Source: Methanomassiliicoccales archaeon (lineage in GTDB: Archaea; Thermoplasmatota; Thermoplasmata; Sysuiplasmatales; Sysuiplasmataceae). From it: a stretch of DNA of 39,574 bases. The translations under genes and the position numbers were made by a program. The stretch's first letter is position 1. Each line of letters begins with the position of its first letter. Positions 28,461 through 37,416 of the stretch are shown here, piece after piece. The stretch is from the NCBI GenBank assembly GCA_038881315.1, contig JAVZQA010000001.1, forward strand, positions 1-39,574, read 5' to 3'. The notes beneath the pieces were generated by a model. The model ran no database searches. It worked only from the letters and a program-made list of their open reading frames with translations, and was not told the origin of the DNA.

Positions 28461-29809
28461 CTCGCAAGCCTGTCTGCAACAGAAAGCGCATTGTCCAGTG
28501 CCCCGATGCCGCTGTCTATCTCCTCCCTCTTTATGATTAGTGGCGGTGCTATGGTCAGATGGTTTATCCAGGCATTAATGTAAACTCCATTTTCCATCAT
28601 CCGTGCAGATACCTGCTCTGCAACTGTCTGCTTTCCCTCTAGTTTGTCCTCTCTTGTGTTGAACGGTGTCTTTGTCTTCAAGTCCTTGACGAGCTCAACC
28701 GCCCAGAAAAGTCCTTCCCCTCTGACATCACCTACGCTTCTGTGCCTCTCCTTCAGCTCTTCGAGTCTGCGTCTCATATATCTACCGTCTTCCCTTGCCT
28801 TTTCTATCAGTCCCATCCGTCTGTATTCCTCAATTGCAGCAACAGCGGGGGCAAGTGTCAGCGGATGCGCTTCATATGTATGACCGTGGGCAAACATGTT
28901 GTCCTCAAAAAAATCGGCAACTTGCTCGTTGGTTGCAGTCAGCGAGAGCGGGACATAGCCACCTGTAATTCCTTTTGCCGTTGTCAGTATGTCGGGCTTG
29001 ACTCCCCACCTGTTCACAGCAAACCACTCCCCGATCCTTCCCCATCCGGACATGACTTCGTCCGCAATGAGAAGCGCATCATTCTGCCTGGTAATCTCGC
29101 TTATCCTCTGCATATAGCCGTCAGGCGGGACTATTACACCATTTGTGCCCGTGACAGGCTCGATCATCATGGCGGCAACATTTCCCTCGTGCCTGAACAT
29201 ATAGTCCGCATATTCTGCGCAGGCGATCCCGCATTCAGGATACTTCAGTCCGAGCGGACACCTGAAGCAGTAGGGATCCGGTGCCCTCACCACACCTCCT
29301 GCAGAGCCAGGTGTCTCACTGGGGTATCTCCTGTGATCTCCAGTCAGCGCTATGCTCATTGCAGTTGAGCCGTGGTATGAATCGTACCTTGTCATGATTT
29401 TGAATCTGCCCGTTTTACTGAAAAACATCCTTGTTATTTTTACCGCGGCCTCATTGGCCTCTGTGCCGGAAGTGGCGAAGAAGAACTTACGGAGTCCAGG
29501 TGGAAGTACTTCGAGCAGTTTGAGACTGAGTTCCTCTCTAACATCTGTGGAGAAGGAGGGTGCGGCATACGGCAATTTTTTGGCCTGCTGACATAGCGCT
29601 TCGATGACCCTCTCATTTCCATGCCCCAGATTACAGCACATGAGCTGGGAGGAAAAATCGAGAAAATCCTTTCCCTGCTCGTCCGTGAAATGACAACCCT
29701 GCGCAGCCACTATCTTCCTGGGTTTCCACCCTCTCTGTTTTCTCCATGTTCCGTAATTCAGCTCCCGGGTAAGATTTTCGAGCTCCTTTCCGGCCTCTGT
29801 GGTGCTCAT
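28457..29809 (-). CDS. Class-III (omega) aminotransferase
   Basis: FATSGTEANEAA, LIADEVMSGWGRIGEWFA and the PLP-lysine region ILTTAKGITGGY. Confidence 0.85.
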   Translation of the reverse strand: MSTTEAGKELENLTRELNYGTWRKQRGWKPRKIVAAQGCHFTDEQGKDFLDFSSQLMCCNLGHGNERVIEALCQQAKKLPYAAPSFSTDVREELSLKLLEVLPPGLRKFFFATSGTEANEAAVKITRMFFSKTGRFKIMTRYDSYHGSTAMSIALTGDHRRYPSETPGSAGGVVRAPDPYCFRCPLGLKYPECGIACAEYADYMFRHEGNVAAMMIEPVTGTNGVIVPPDGYMQRISEITRQNDALLIADEVMSGWGRIGEWFAVNRWGVKPDILTTAKGITGGYVPLSLTATNEQVADFFEDNMFAHGHTYEAHPLTLAPAVAAIEEYRRMGLIEKAREDGRYMRRRLEELKERHRSVGDVRGEGLFWAVELVKDLKTKTPFNTREDKLEGKQTVAEQVSARMMENGVYINAWINHLTIAPPLIIKREEIDSGIGALDNALSVADRLAR

Positions 29810-29840
29810 CCGTATCGCGTTTGACTGAGCTGCTATAACA

Positions 29841-29849
29841 TTATATAAA
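29841..29849 (-). promoter_or_regulatory. Candidate TATA box for the aminotransferase-ALDH-Lrp unit
   Basis: The minus strand reads CTTTATATAATG, 32-40 nt upstream of the ATG at 29809. Confidence 0.35.
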
Positions 29850-29914
29850 GTTTACCAGAAACTGAGTGTTTGTGGATAATTTCCAGCAATGTTCTGCAGG
29901 TATGAGAACAAAGT

Positions 29915-31108
29915 TTAGTTTATCATTTCTTCAAATTCACGGACCAGTTCAGGGTACTTGCTGCGAACCGCATTTAGTATCTCCCTGGTCGAAAGATTGC
30001 TCATTGGAACAGTGGAAAGGGCATCAATGAGCTTGTCAAGCGACGCATCGTCAAGTGTTATGAGCTTCTCCTTCGCCATGTAATCCCTGTATAGTTTTTC
30101 CTCGAGATGCGCTCTCCATCCCTGTTCATATTTCTGCAGGAATTCGACGCTGCAGTCTCCCGCCTTTATCGCTTCGGCTGCAACCTCACCACAAACCCTT
30201 CCGGCGATGACACCATTGCTTATGCCGCCTCCAGTCAGCGGATCTATCATTCTTGCCGCATCCCCCACCAGCATAAGATTGTCCATGGTCACGCTGTCGA
30301 GAGGCGCGCTAACCGAAACCCCTCCGCTCACCGTTTCGAGCGTAACCGCATCCCTGAATCGAGGATCCTTTTCAATGAACGCATCGAGATATTCCTTCGC
30401 TTCGGAAGGTCCCTTGATTCTGGAGAGGAGGAGCCCTATGCCCACATTGGCGGTGTCGTTGCTCTTGGGGAATATCCATACATAACCTCCTGGGGCAACG
30501 GATCCTATGTAGAAGTCGGTGAAGCGCTTGTCAAGCTTCAGATTCGTCATCCTGTATTGCAGATTGGATGTGGTATCCCTGGTCTTCAGATTCGTGTTTA
30601 TACCCGCCCATCTCGCTATCTGGGATTCAAAACCATCCGCGCCTATTACCAAATCACAGGCAATGTCAAATTCCTCCCCCATCCTTCTGACCCTCACACC
30701 TGAAATGTGCCCGTCATCCTTCAGGAGTTCAACTGCGGCAGTCTTGGTAGCCACCTGTGCACCTGCTCTTGCTGCTTCAGTTGCAAGATATTTGTCGAAA
30801 TTATCTCTTTCAATCACTGCTCCAACTTCATCTCCAGCATCTTTCGCGTCAATGAGCAGATATCTGCCGGAAGGTCCATAGATGCGCGCGCCTGTGACCT
30901 GATTTGCGAACCAGCTTTCGTCAGCAACGATATCGACATGCTTGAAAATATCCATGGATACCCCCTCTCCGCACCGAACGGGGGAACCAATTTCCTGCCG
31001 CTTTTCGAGGAGTAGCACGTCCGCTCCGTTGCGGGCTGCATACCTTGCCGAGGTGCTACCGGCAGGTCCTGCCCCCACAACAACGATATCGTATTTCTCC
31101 TTAAACAT
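29915..31108 (-). CDS. Geranylgeranyl reductase (digeranylgeranylglycerophospholipid reductase)
   Basis: YDIVVVGAGPAGSTSARYAA (FAD-binding motif) and the PVRCGEG motif. 397 aa. Confidence 0.9.
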   Translation of the reverse strand: MFKEKYDIVVVGAGPAGSTSARYAARNGADVLLLEKRQEIGSPVRCGEGVSMDIFKHVDIVADESWFANQVTGARIYGPSGRYLLIDAKDAGDEVGAVIERDNFDKYLATEAARAGAQVATKTAAVELLKDDGHISGVRVRRMGEEFDIACDLVIGADGFESQIARWAGINTNLKTRDTTSNLQYRMTNLKLDKRFTDFYIGSVAPGGYVWIFPKSNDTANVGIGLLLSRIKGPSEAKEYLDAFIEKDPRFRDAVTLETVSGGVSVSAPLDSVTMDNLMLVGDAARMIDPLTGGGISNGVIAGRVCGEVAAEAIKAGDCSVEFLQKYEQGWRAHLEEKLYRDYMAKEKLITLDDASLDKLIDALSTVPMSNLSTREILNAVRSKYPELVREFEEMIN

Positions 31109-31122
31109 GCCAGCTCACCAAT

Positions 31123-31326
31123 CTAGGCGGTGGCAAGCTTGGGTTTGATCCCTCTAGTGCGCACCAGCGTTAGTGCACCCACCGGGCACACTTTAACGCA
31201 TAGTCCGCAGTCCGTGCAGTCATCGTTAAAATCGAGTATGACTTCGTTCAGATAGATAGCGTTGGCCGGGCACGCGCCGACACAGGCACCACAGTGCATG
31301 CATTTGTCGTCATTCAGCTCTATCAA
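31123..31326 (-). CDS. 2x[4Fe-4S] ferredoxin
   Basis: Two cluster motifs, CMHCGACVGACP and CTDCGLCVKVCP. It lies 14 nt upstream of the reductase gene. Confidence 0.85.
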   Translation of the reverse strand: MIELNDDKCMHCGACVGACPANAIYLNEVILDFNDDCTDCGLCVKVCPVGALTLVRTRGIKPKLATA

Positions 31327-31424
31327 GCCGATACCTTTCGTTTCTTCATAACCTGGTACTATTAAACTGTATCCCGTAATTTTTCCCGATGTACACCATA
31401 GTACACGCTCCGCCTTTGATAAGG

Positions 31425-31432
31425 TTTAAATT
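31425..31432 (+). promoter_or_regulatory. Candidate TATA box for the TrmB-family regulator gene
   Basis: TTTAAATT is centred about 30 nt upstream of the ATG at 31460, which supports that ATG over the GTG at 31445. Confidence 0.35.
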
Positions 31433-31459
31433 CAGTGTAGCAATGTGGGCTACACTCCA

Positions 31460-32224
31460 ATGAATCTGATTAAACTCCTTGGGGAAAATCCGGAAGAGTT
31501 AAGAAAGGAATATGAAAGTGTATTAGGTGTTCTGCGGAATTGTGGTCTATCTGAATATGAGGCGCTCAGCTACCTTAGTATAGTGGCGCTGGGATTCGGT
31601 AACCCGCAACGCGTTTCCGAAATTGCTAGAATTCCGAGGACATCGGCCTACAAATCACTGGCGCTTCTGGAACAGAAGGGCTTTGTGACCTCCACACCAG
31701 GAAAACCCAGAATTTACCACACGGTGGATCCGCTTGTCAAGGGGGATGAACTGGCGGAAAATATCAGGGATGCATTCAGGAAGCTTTCGCTAGTTGCAGG
31801 CATATTGAGCGAAACGGGGATGCCTCAGCTGATATACACTATTGTGGGCAGGGACAAAGTTATGGACAAAATCGGAGAGATGCTGGATTCCTCCACAAGC
31901 AAGTTCATCATCGCGACGCCAGCCATAAGGGATATCAGGAAGACAGTTGGAAAGAAATTCACGGATGCTATAAAGCGAGGTGTGGCCATAACCGTGATAA
32001 CCGCACCGTCAGTCAAGCTCCCTGAGCACACACACAGTTATAGGGTGACGGAGCTCATTGCGACGGACATAGTCTGCGACGGAAGAAAGGCGCTGATAGC
32101 CGCACCTGATCTCAGTGCCTGCGGCTACACTGACAACGAGACGCTGGCGGGGCACCTTGAATCCTTCCTGGGGCTGCTCACAGCAAGGCTGGCTTTAGTC
32201 CCCAAGGACAAAGGAGCGCAGTAA
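31460..32224 (+). CDS. TrmB-family transcriptional regulator
   Basis: N-terminal winged helix: GLSEYEALSYLSIVALGFGNPQRVSEIARIPRTSAYKSLALLEQKGFV. The track start is the GTG at 31445. Confidence 0.75.
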   Translation: MNLIKLLGENPEELRKEYESVLGVLRNCGLSEYEALSYLSIVALGFGNPQRVSEIARIPRTSAYKSLALLEQKGFVTSTPGKPRIYHTVDPLVKGDELAENIRDAFRKLSLVAGILSETGMPQLIYTIVGRDKVMDKIGEMLDSSTSKFIIATPAIRDIRKTVGKKFTDAIKRGVAITVITAPSVKLPEHTHSYRVTELIATDIVCDGRKALIAAPDLSACGYTDNETLAGHLESFLGLLTARLALVPKDKGAQ

Positions 32225-32225
32225 C

Positions 32226-33794
32226 TCAGCTCTCTCTGATGCGCCTCACAAGTCTTCTCATCTTCGCCACACGTCTATGGCTGACGGCATGGAAAGCCTC
32301 ATCGCGTGTTGCCGCCGCAACGAGTGTTATCACCTTTCCAATCGACCTTCTGCCCGTTCGCCCCATGCGCTGTATGGTTCTTATCTCCGAGGGAATGGGT
32401 TCATAGAAAATGACGAGGTCAACATCTGGCACATCTATACCCTCCTCCCCTATGCTGCTCGCAACCAACACATTGAATTTTCTGGCAGAAAAGGCTCCAA
32501 TTGTCATTGCTTGCTCTTTCTGAGACATGCCCTTCCCCTCCTCCCTGTCAGACTGGCCAATGAACTTTTCGCAGGTTATCCCTGCTCCGCGCAATGTCGC
32601 TATTATCGTGTCTATTGTATCCCTGTACTGGGTGAACACAATAACAGTGCTGTCCTTCTTTGTCTCCAGCTGAACCCTCACAAGTGAAAGCAGTTTCTCC
32701 AGCTTTGGGTGAGATATGCCAGTGTAACTGTCCACCGCTTCAATAAGTTTGCCAATTCTCTTATCGTTTAAGAAGCTCCGGTCCGCTTTGCTCGGCTTCT
32801 TTTGATTCATTAGGCGATGGAGATACGCGCGCAGCGGCTCAACCCCCTGTGTTTCGAGCAGTTCAGCACAATGGTATGAGTGCATTGCCACCAGGCTGTT
32901 GTGCATGGCGCCGAATATGTAACCGCCCTTCTTCCTTCCCATAAGTGCAGCCCTGACCGAAAGCAAGTCCTTTCTGGACACCTGCATCGCTTTTCTGTAT
33001 CTCAGAAAACCCATGCGCTGCAGCGATCTTACTTTTTCCTCCAGCAGTTGCTGGACTGGGCTGAGCATTTCTCTCATTTTATGTGTCAGTTCAACCCTCT
33101 CGATGGCTTCAGTGACTTCCATCACATAGGGTTTAACATCGGTGTCCTCTCTGTCCCTGATCTCCACACTTTCTATGCCAAGTGCATCCAGTATCTCTTC
33201 CACCTTTTCCATCTTGGCACCAGGTGATGCGGTGAGCGCTAGAACGCGCACGCCTGCCTCCCTGCATTTCTTTGCCAGATCCACATAGGTGTAGTTGCCT
33301 ACCGCCCTATGCGCTTCATCAAAAATGCAGAATGAGGTGCCGTCCAAGGTATATCTGCCATTCTCAATATCATTCCCTATCACCTGAGGTGTAGCAAACA
33401 CCACTCTACTGCTCTTCCAAAGTTCAATTCTCTTTTCAGGTGGTGTTGAACCGGTGAAAAGGCACTGCGGCCCCATGAATAGAAATTCGGAAAACATTCT
33501 GCTGTGTTGCATGGCCAGAGGGCGCGTCGGAGCGAGGAAAACGATCCTCTTCCTGTGGATGCGGAGCATCTCAGCAGAGGCAATCAGTGCAATGACCGTC
33601 TTACCCAAACCTGTTGGTATGACTACCAGCAAATTCCTCTCGAGCGCTCTCTTCGCAAGATCAAACTGGAATTTTCGATATTCCAGTCTCCCTGCGGCGA
33701 GATAGGGGTGGATAACATGCGTGCCATCGTGCTCTATTCCCCTGTCTGTGTCAATTCCCGAATAATCAAAAAGGGTCTGCTGCCTTTCTGGCAC
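32226..33794 (-). CDS. Hef/FANCM-like SF2 helicase (helicase domains only)
   Basis: Motifs PTGLGKT, FDEAH, LTASPG, an inserted helical domain, and QRMGRTGR. At 522 aa it has no ERCC4 nuclease or HhH region. Confidence 0.75.
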   Translation of the reverse strand: MPERQQTLFDYSGIDTDRGIEHDGTHVIHPYLAAGRLEYRKFQFDLAKRALERNLLVVIPTGLGKTVIALIASAEMLRIHRKRIVFLAPTRPLAMQHSRMFSEFLFMGPQCLFTGSTPPEKRIELWKSSRVVFATPQVIGNDIENGRYTLDGTSFCIFDEAHRAVGNYTYVDLAKKCREAGVRVLALTASPGAKMEKVEEILDALGIESVEIRDREDTDVKPYVMEVTEAIERVELTHKMREMLSPVQQLLEEKVRSLQRMGFLRYRKAMQVSRKDLLSVRAALMGRKKGGYIFGAMHNSLVAMHSYHCAELLETQGVEPLRAYLHRLMNQKKPSKADRSFLNDKRIGKLIEAVDSYTGISHPKLEKLLSLVRVQLETKKDSTVIVFTQYRDTIDTIIATLRGAGITCEKFIGQSDREEGKGMSQKEQAMTIGAFSARKFNVLVASSIGEEGIDVPDVDLVIFYEPIPSEIRTIQRMGRTGRRSIGKVITLVAAATRDEAFHAVSHRRVAKMRRLVRRIRES

Positions 33795-33796
33795 GT

Positions 33797-34774
33797 TCAG
33801 TAATTGCTCTCATCGAGTATTTTATTTTCTCCCTCAGTTCCATCTGGAAGATGCAACCCGGGAGACACTATTGAATTGTTTATTGTGCATCCTTCGCCGA
33901 GAACAGCATCTTCCATGATCACGCAATTGGAGAGGCGGCACCCCTCCATCACCTTTGCTCCGCGTTCAATATACACATTTGGACCGAGCTGCGAACCGAA
34001 TATGCTCGCCCCATCTTCCACACTGACGGGTCTGTTGATTACGCACCCGTTGAGTTTTGCCCCCTTTTGAATGGGTGCATTTTCAACTTTCATCAGTGTT
34101 TCCTGCGCAGCAATATAGGAAGGTAGAGAACCGCAATCGAACCAGTACCCGGTGAAGCTAAAGCCATAAAGGCCTCTGCCGCACAGGTGCGGGAACACCT
34201 CCTTTTCCAAAGAAAAGGTAACCATGTCCATCTTGTCAAAGACGCTTTTCTCCATGATATATGCGCCAGCATTGATGTATCCTGCCTTTCTGACATCGCC
34301 CTTGGGCTTCTCCCTGAATTCGGTGACGCTGCCATCGGTCGAAATTGCCACTGCACCGTAGGCCGATACATCCTCCACTGGCCATAACGAAATAGTCATG
34401 GCTGCACCCTTGGAAGTGTGGTATGCCAGCATATCTTTTAGCGACAGACTGCACATCACATCCCCATTTAGCACAAAAAAACGATCTCCGAGTTTGTTCC
34501 TCATATTGTACAGCGCACCCGCAGTACCCAGAGGTTCCCTTTCCACGACTATCTCCACATTTCCTGCTCCAAGCTTGCGGAAGTGCTCAGTGAGGTCATC
34601 CCCTCTGTACCCTGCAGCGATAAGTATCCTCTCCGCACCATCAGGGATTGTGGCAATGAGTCTGTCGATGATCGTCTTTCCTGCAATACGAACTAGCGGC
34701 TTTGGAATGTGGTTGGTAAGGGGTCTGAGTCTTGTGCCGAATCCTCCTGCGAGAATCACAGCATCCATATCCAC
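33797..34774 (-). CDS. Sugar-1-phosphate nucleotidyltransferase with a C-terminal left-handed beta-helix
   Basis: AVILAGGFGTRLRPLTNHIPKPLV plus C-terminal hexapeptide-like repeats. Confidence 0.8.
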   Translation of the reverse strand: MDMDAVILAGGFGTRLRPLTNHIPKPLVRIAGKTIIDRLIATIPDGAERILIAAGYRGDDLTEHFRKLGAGNVEIVVEREPLGTAGALYNMRNKLGDRFFVLNGDVMCSLSLKDMLAYHTSKGAAMTISLWPVEDVSAYGAVAISTDGSVTEFREKPKGDVRKAGYINAGAYIMEKSVFDKMDMVTFSLEKEVFPHLCGRGLYGFSFTGYWFDCGSLPSYIAAQETLMKVENAPIQKGAKLNGCVINRPVSVEDGASIFGSQLGPNVYIERGAKVMEGCRLSNCVIMEDAVLGEGCTINNSIVSPGLHLPDGTEGENKILDESNY

Positions 34775-34784
34775 AGCAGCCCTA

Positions 34785-34997
34785 TCAGAATGAAACGCTC
34801 ACAACATTATTTCCGCGCAGGATTACTGAACCTATCTTTCTGACATGATCAGCAGTCCTCTCCTCTGTGTCTTCGAGAACCATGTTCATATACTCATCAT
34901 AACCGACAAGCCTTCCCTCGAGTACTCTGCTGTCTTTCAGCAGTAACGTAACGCGCTTGTTGAGTGACCGCTCTAGAAGCGCCAGGGGCATAACCAT
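34785..34997 (-). CDS. Sm-like archaeal protein (SmAP/LSm)
   Basis: Sm1 (VLEGRLVGYDEYMNMVLED) and Sm2 (IGSVILRGNNVVSV) motifs. 70 aa. Confidence 0.9.
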   Translation of the reverse strand: MVMPLALLERSLNKRVTLLLKDSRVLEGRLVGYDEYMNMVLEDTEERTADHVRKIGSVILRGNNVVSVSF

Positions 34998-35310
34998 ATT
35001 GTATCACACGTGAAAACAGCCTTCAAAATTTAACATTTTCGTGACTTAAAGCCAAAAGTTGAGGAGGAGGAACTTTTTTGCCGTTAATTGCGTCATGCCT
35101 TTCGGCTCAATTACATTGTGTAGGTGCATCAGTAGCTGTAACCATTAGTGGAGTCTTCCACGGGAGTGCATTTCCTTTGAAATTAAGATCTAATGCACCG
35201 CGAAGGAAAAGGAAGGTAGAAATTGGCCTTCCTGTTTGCACCCCTCCCCTGGATTTCATAGAAACAGTCGCTATTGATTTTGGTTCGTGTCAAAAGACCA
35301 TGCAGGCGGG

Positions 35311-35320
35311 AAAATTAAAA
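35311..35320 (-). terminator. Candidate oligo-T terminator for the thermosome gene
   Basis: The minus strand reads TTTTAATTTT, about 40 nt downstream of the stop at 35359. Confidence 0.3.
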
Positions 35321-35358
35321 TGAAAGTGGTTTGGAAGTGTTTATGCGCTATTGGGAGT

Positions 35359-37005
35359 TCAGTACTCGTCTCCCATACCGCCAGCGCCCATGCCACCAGC
35401 ACCCTTCGGCGGGTTCAGGTCCTTCGCCTTTGCCGCAATCACGTCGTCTATCTTCAGTATCATCACCGCGGCATCGGTGGCGCTGTGTATGGCCTGCTTG
35501 CCAACGCGTATGGGTTCTATTATCCGCTCACGCTTCATGTCACTCACTTTGCCGGTGATGACATTGACGCCTGCGGATACCTGACCGTTCTTGTGTGCTT
35601 TCCTGATGTCAATGAGTATGTCAATCGGATCCAGACCGGCGTTCTCGGCAAGCGTGGTTGGAACAACTTCCAGCGCATCTGCATAGGCCTCTATCGCAAT
35701 CTGCTCCCTTCCTCCAACAGAGGTTGCGTAATCTCTAAGCTGCATTGCAAGTTCTGTCGCTGTTGCGCCGCCTCCGTATGTCATCCTTCCATCCTCAAGT
35801 GCCACTGCAACAACACTCGTTGCGTCCACAAGCGAGCGCTCGATCTCATCGACCACATGTTCTGTCCCGCCGCGTATCAATATTGAGACAGCCTTCGGGT
35901 TCTTGCAGCCGGTTACGAAGGTCAGCCTGTCTTCGAGTATCTTCCTCTCTTCGACCAGCTGTGCGTTGCCCAGATCCTGCGCTGTCAGGTCATTCACACG
36001 GCTGATGATGTTTCCGCCCGTAGCCTTTGCAAGCTTCTCCATGTCCGATTTCTTTACGCGCTTGACAGCATAAATTCCAGACTTTGCCAGGTAGTGTGCA
36101 GCAAGATCGTCGATGCCCTTCTGGCAGAACACCACATTGGCACCGCTGCTCTTGACTTTCTCCACCATTGACTTAATCATGTTTTCCTCTTCGGCCAGGA
36201 ACTGCTGTATTTTTGTCGGGTCATTGATCTCAATCTTTGCATCGATCTCAGTCTTTTTGATTTCCAGCGCGGCATCCAGGAGGGCGATCTTCGCTTTCTC
36301 AATTCTCTTTGGCATCGCGGTGTGAGCGGCTTCCTTGTCCACAATCACACCAGAAATGATCTCTGTCTCGTCAACGCTTGCGCCGTGTTTCTTCACAAGC
36401 TGTATGTTGTCGTCATCCACATAGTACTTGCCGTCCCTTTCTTCTGCGACTGTTGTGACGGCCTCCACGGCAACCTTGCCCAGAAGGTCAATGGAACTGC
36501 TAGCACTCTTGCTGTACATGGCGGTTCTGGCAATATCCAGCAGCAGTTCCTTGTCCTTGATTGTAACAGGCAGTGAAATCTTTTCCAGTACTTCAACCGC
36601 CCTTTCCTCTGCCATCCTGTACCCTTTGATTATGACTGTGGGATGCACGTTCTGTTCTATTAGCGATTCAGCTTTCTTCAGGAATTCGCCAGCAAGAACC
36701 ACCGATGTGGTTGTGCCGTCCCCTGCCTCCTCGTCCTGTGTCTTTGCGACTTCGATAATCATCTTTGCTGCGGGATGCTCAACTTCCAGCTCCTTGAGTA
36801 TTGTGACACCATCGTTTGTTATTGTCACATCACCGAGACCGCCTACGAGCATCTTGTCCATGCCCCTGGGTCCGAGTGTGGTTCTGACTGCATCCGCAAT
36901 AGCCTTAGCAGCTGCGATGTTATCGAACTGGGCACCCTTGCCCCTTTCCCTTCTTGTCCCTTCTTTCAAGACCAGTATAGGTGTGCCACCTGCTTGTCCA
37001 ATCAT
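35359..37005 (-). CDS. ths: Thermosome subunit (group II chaperonin)
   Basis: Motifs [18 protein letters not shown] and GDGTTT, with a GGM-type tail [14 protein letters not shown]. Confidence 0.95.
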   Translation of the reverse strand: MIGQAGGTPILVLKEGTRRERGKGAQFDNIAAAKAIADAVRTTLGPRGMDKMLVGGLGDVTITNDGVTILKELEVEHPAAKMIIEVAKTQDEEAGDGTTTSVVLAGEFLKKAESLIEQNVHPTVIIKGYRMAEERAVEVLEKISLPVTIKDKELLLDIARTAMYSKSASSSIDLLGKVAVEAVTTVAEERDGKYYVDDDNIQLVKKHGASVDETEIISGVIVDKEAAHTAMPKRIEKAKIALLDAALEIKKTEIDAKIEINDPTKIQQFLAEEENMIKSMVEKVKSSGANVVFCQKGIDDLAAHYLAKSGIYAVKRVKKSDMEKLAKATGGNIISRVNDLTAQDLGNAQLVEERKILEDRLTFVTGCKNPKAVSILIRGGTEHVVDEIERSLVDATSVVAVALEDGRMTYGGGATATELAMQLRDYATSVGGREQIAIEAYADALEVVPTTLAENAGLDPIDILIDIRKAHKNGQVSAGVNVITGKVSDMKRERIIEPIRVGKQAIHSATDAAVMILKIDDVIAAKAKDLNPPKGAGGMGAGGMGDEY

Positions 37006-37049
37006 GTTGATACCTCTAAGATTTCGATGCCCTGTTGAAGCATCTTATA

Positions 37050-37059
37050 TTATTTTAAA
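37050..37059 (-). promoter_or_regulatory. Candidate TATA box for the thermosome gene
   Basis: The minus strand reads TTTAAAATAA, 45-54 nt upstream of the ATG at 37005. An AGAGGT Shine-Dalgarno-like element lies 7 nt before the ATG. Confidence 0.35.
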
Positions 37060-37416
37060 TGAGCACTTCTATATGAACATTTCTATTACCTGTACCTCCG
37101 CCTTCCTCATATTACAAAGTGAGGAGAGCGCCTAGACAAACACCGAACTATTTGAGGACGGTTAAAGAAGAGGTGGCAGACAGACTTCGTTGAATCCTGG
37201 CTTTGGTAAGTTAAGGGCCCAAGCGGAAGGACCGTTGTTTTGCATGGACTGTGCAATAGATGCGAATCAATGCGCAACCTTAGTATTTCATGTGTATGCA
37301 AAGAGTCCCGGCAAGCTACAATACTGCATACAATGGGAAGCGTATATTCGTGAATTTCAAGTCTGCTCATATTTTGCGGTATAATATTGTAATCCAAGTG
37401 AGATAGAGAGGGTGCA

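Noticed and set aside
35078-35323. An 81-aa TTG-start ORF in the Sm/thermosome gap.
   Set aside because: It has no motif, an unusual composition and a weak start. I treat the region as a candidate RNA or regulatory region instead.
36428-37135. A 235-aa plus-strand ORF, plus several shorter ones, antisense to the thermosome gene.
   Set aside because: It is Ser/Thr/Ala/Leu-rich low complexity, entirely shadowing a very well supported gene. This is a typical antisense artefact.
37185-37260. A tRNA-like T-arm string (CTTCGTTGAATCCTGG), considered as a possible tRNA fragment or att site next to the methyltransferase region.
   Set aside because: I could not fold a cloverleaf or acceptor stem on either strand. 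It also does not match the 3' half of the tRNA-Arg in this window.
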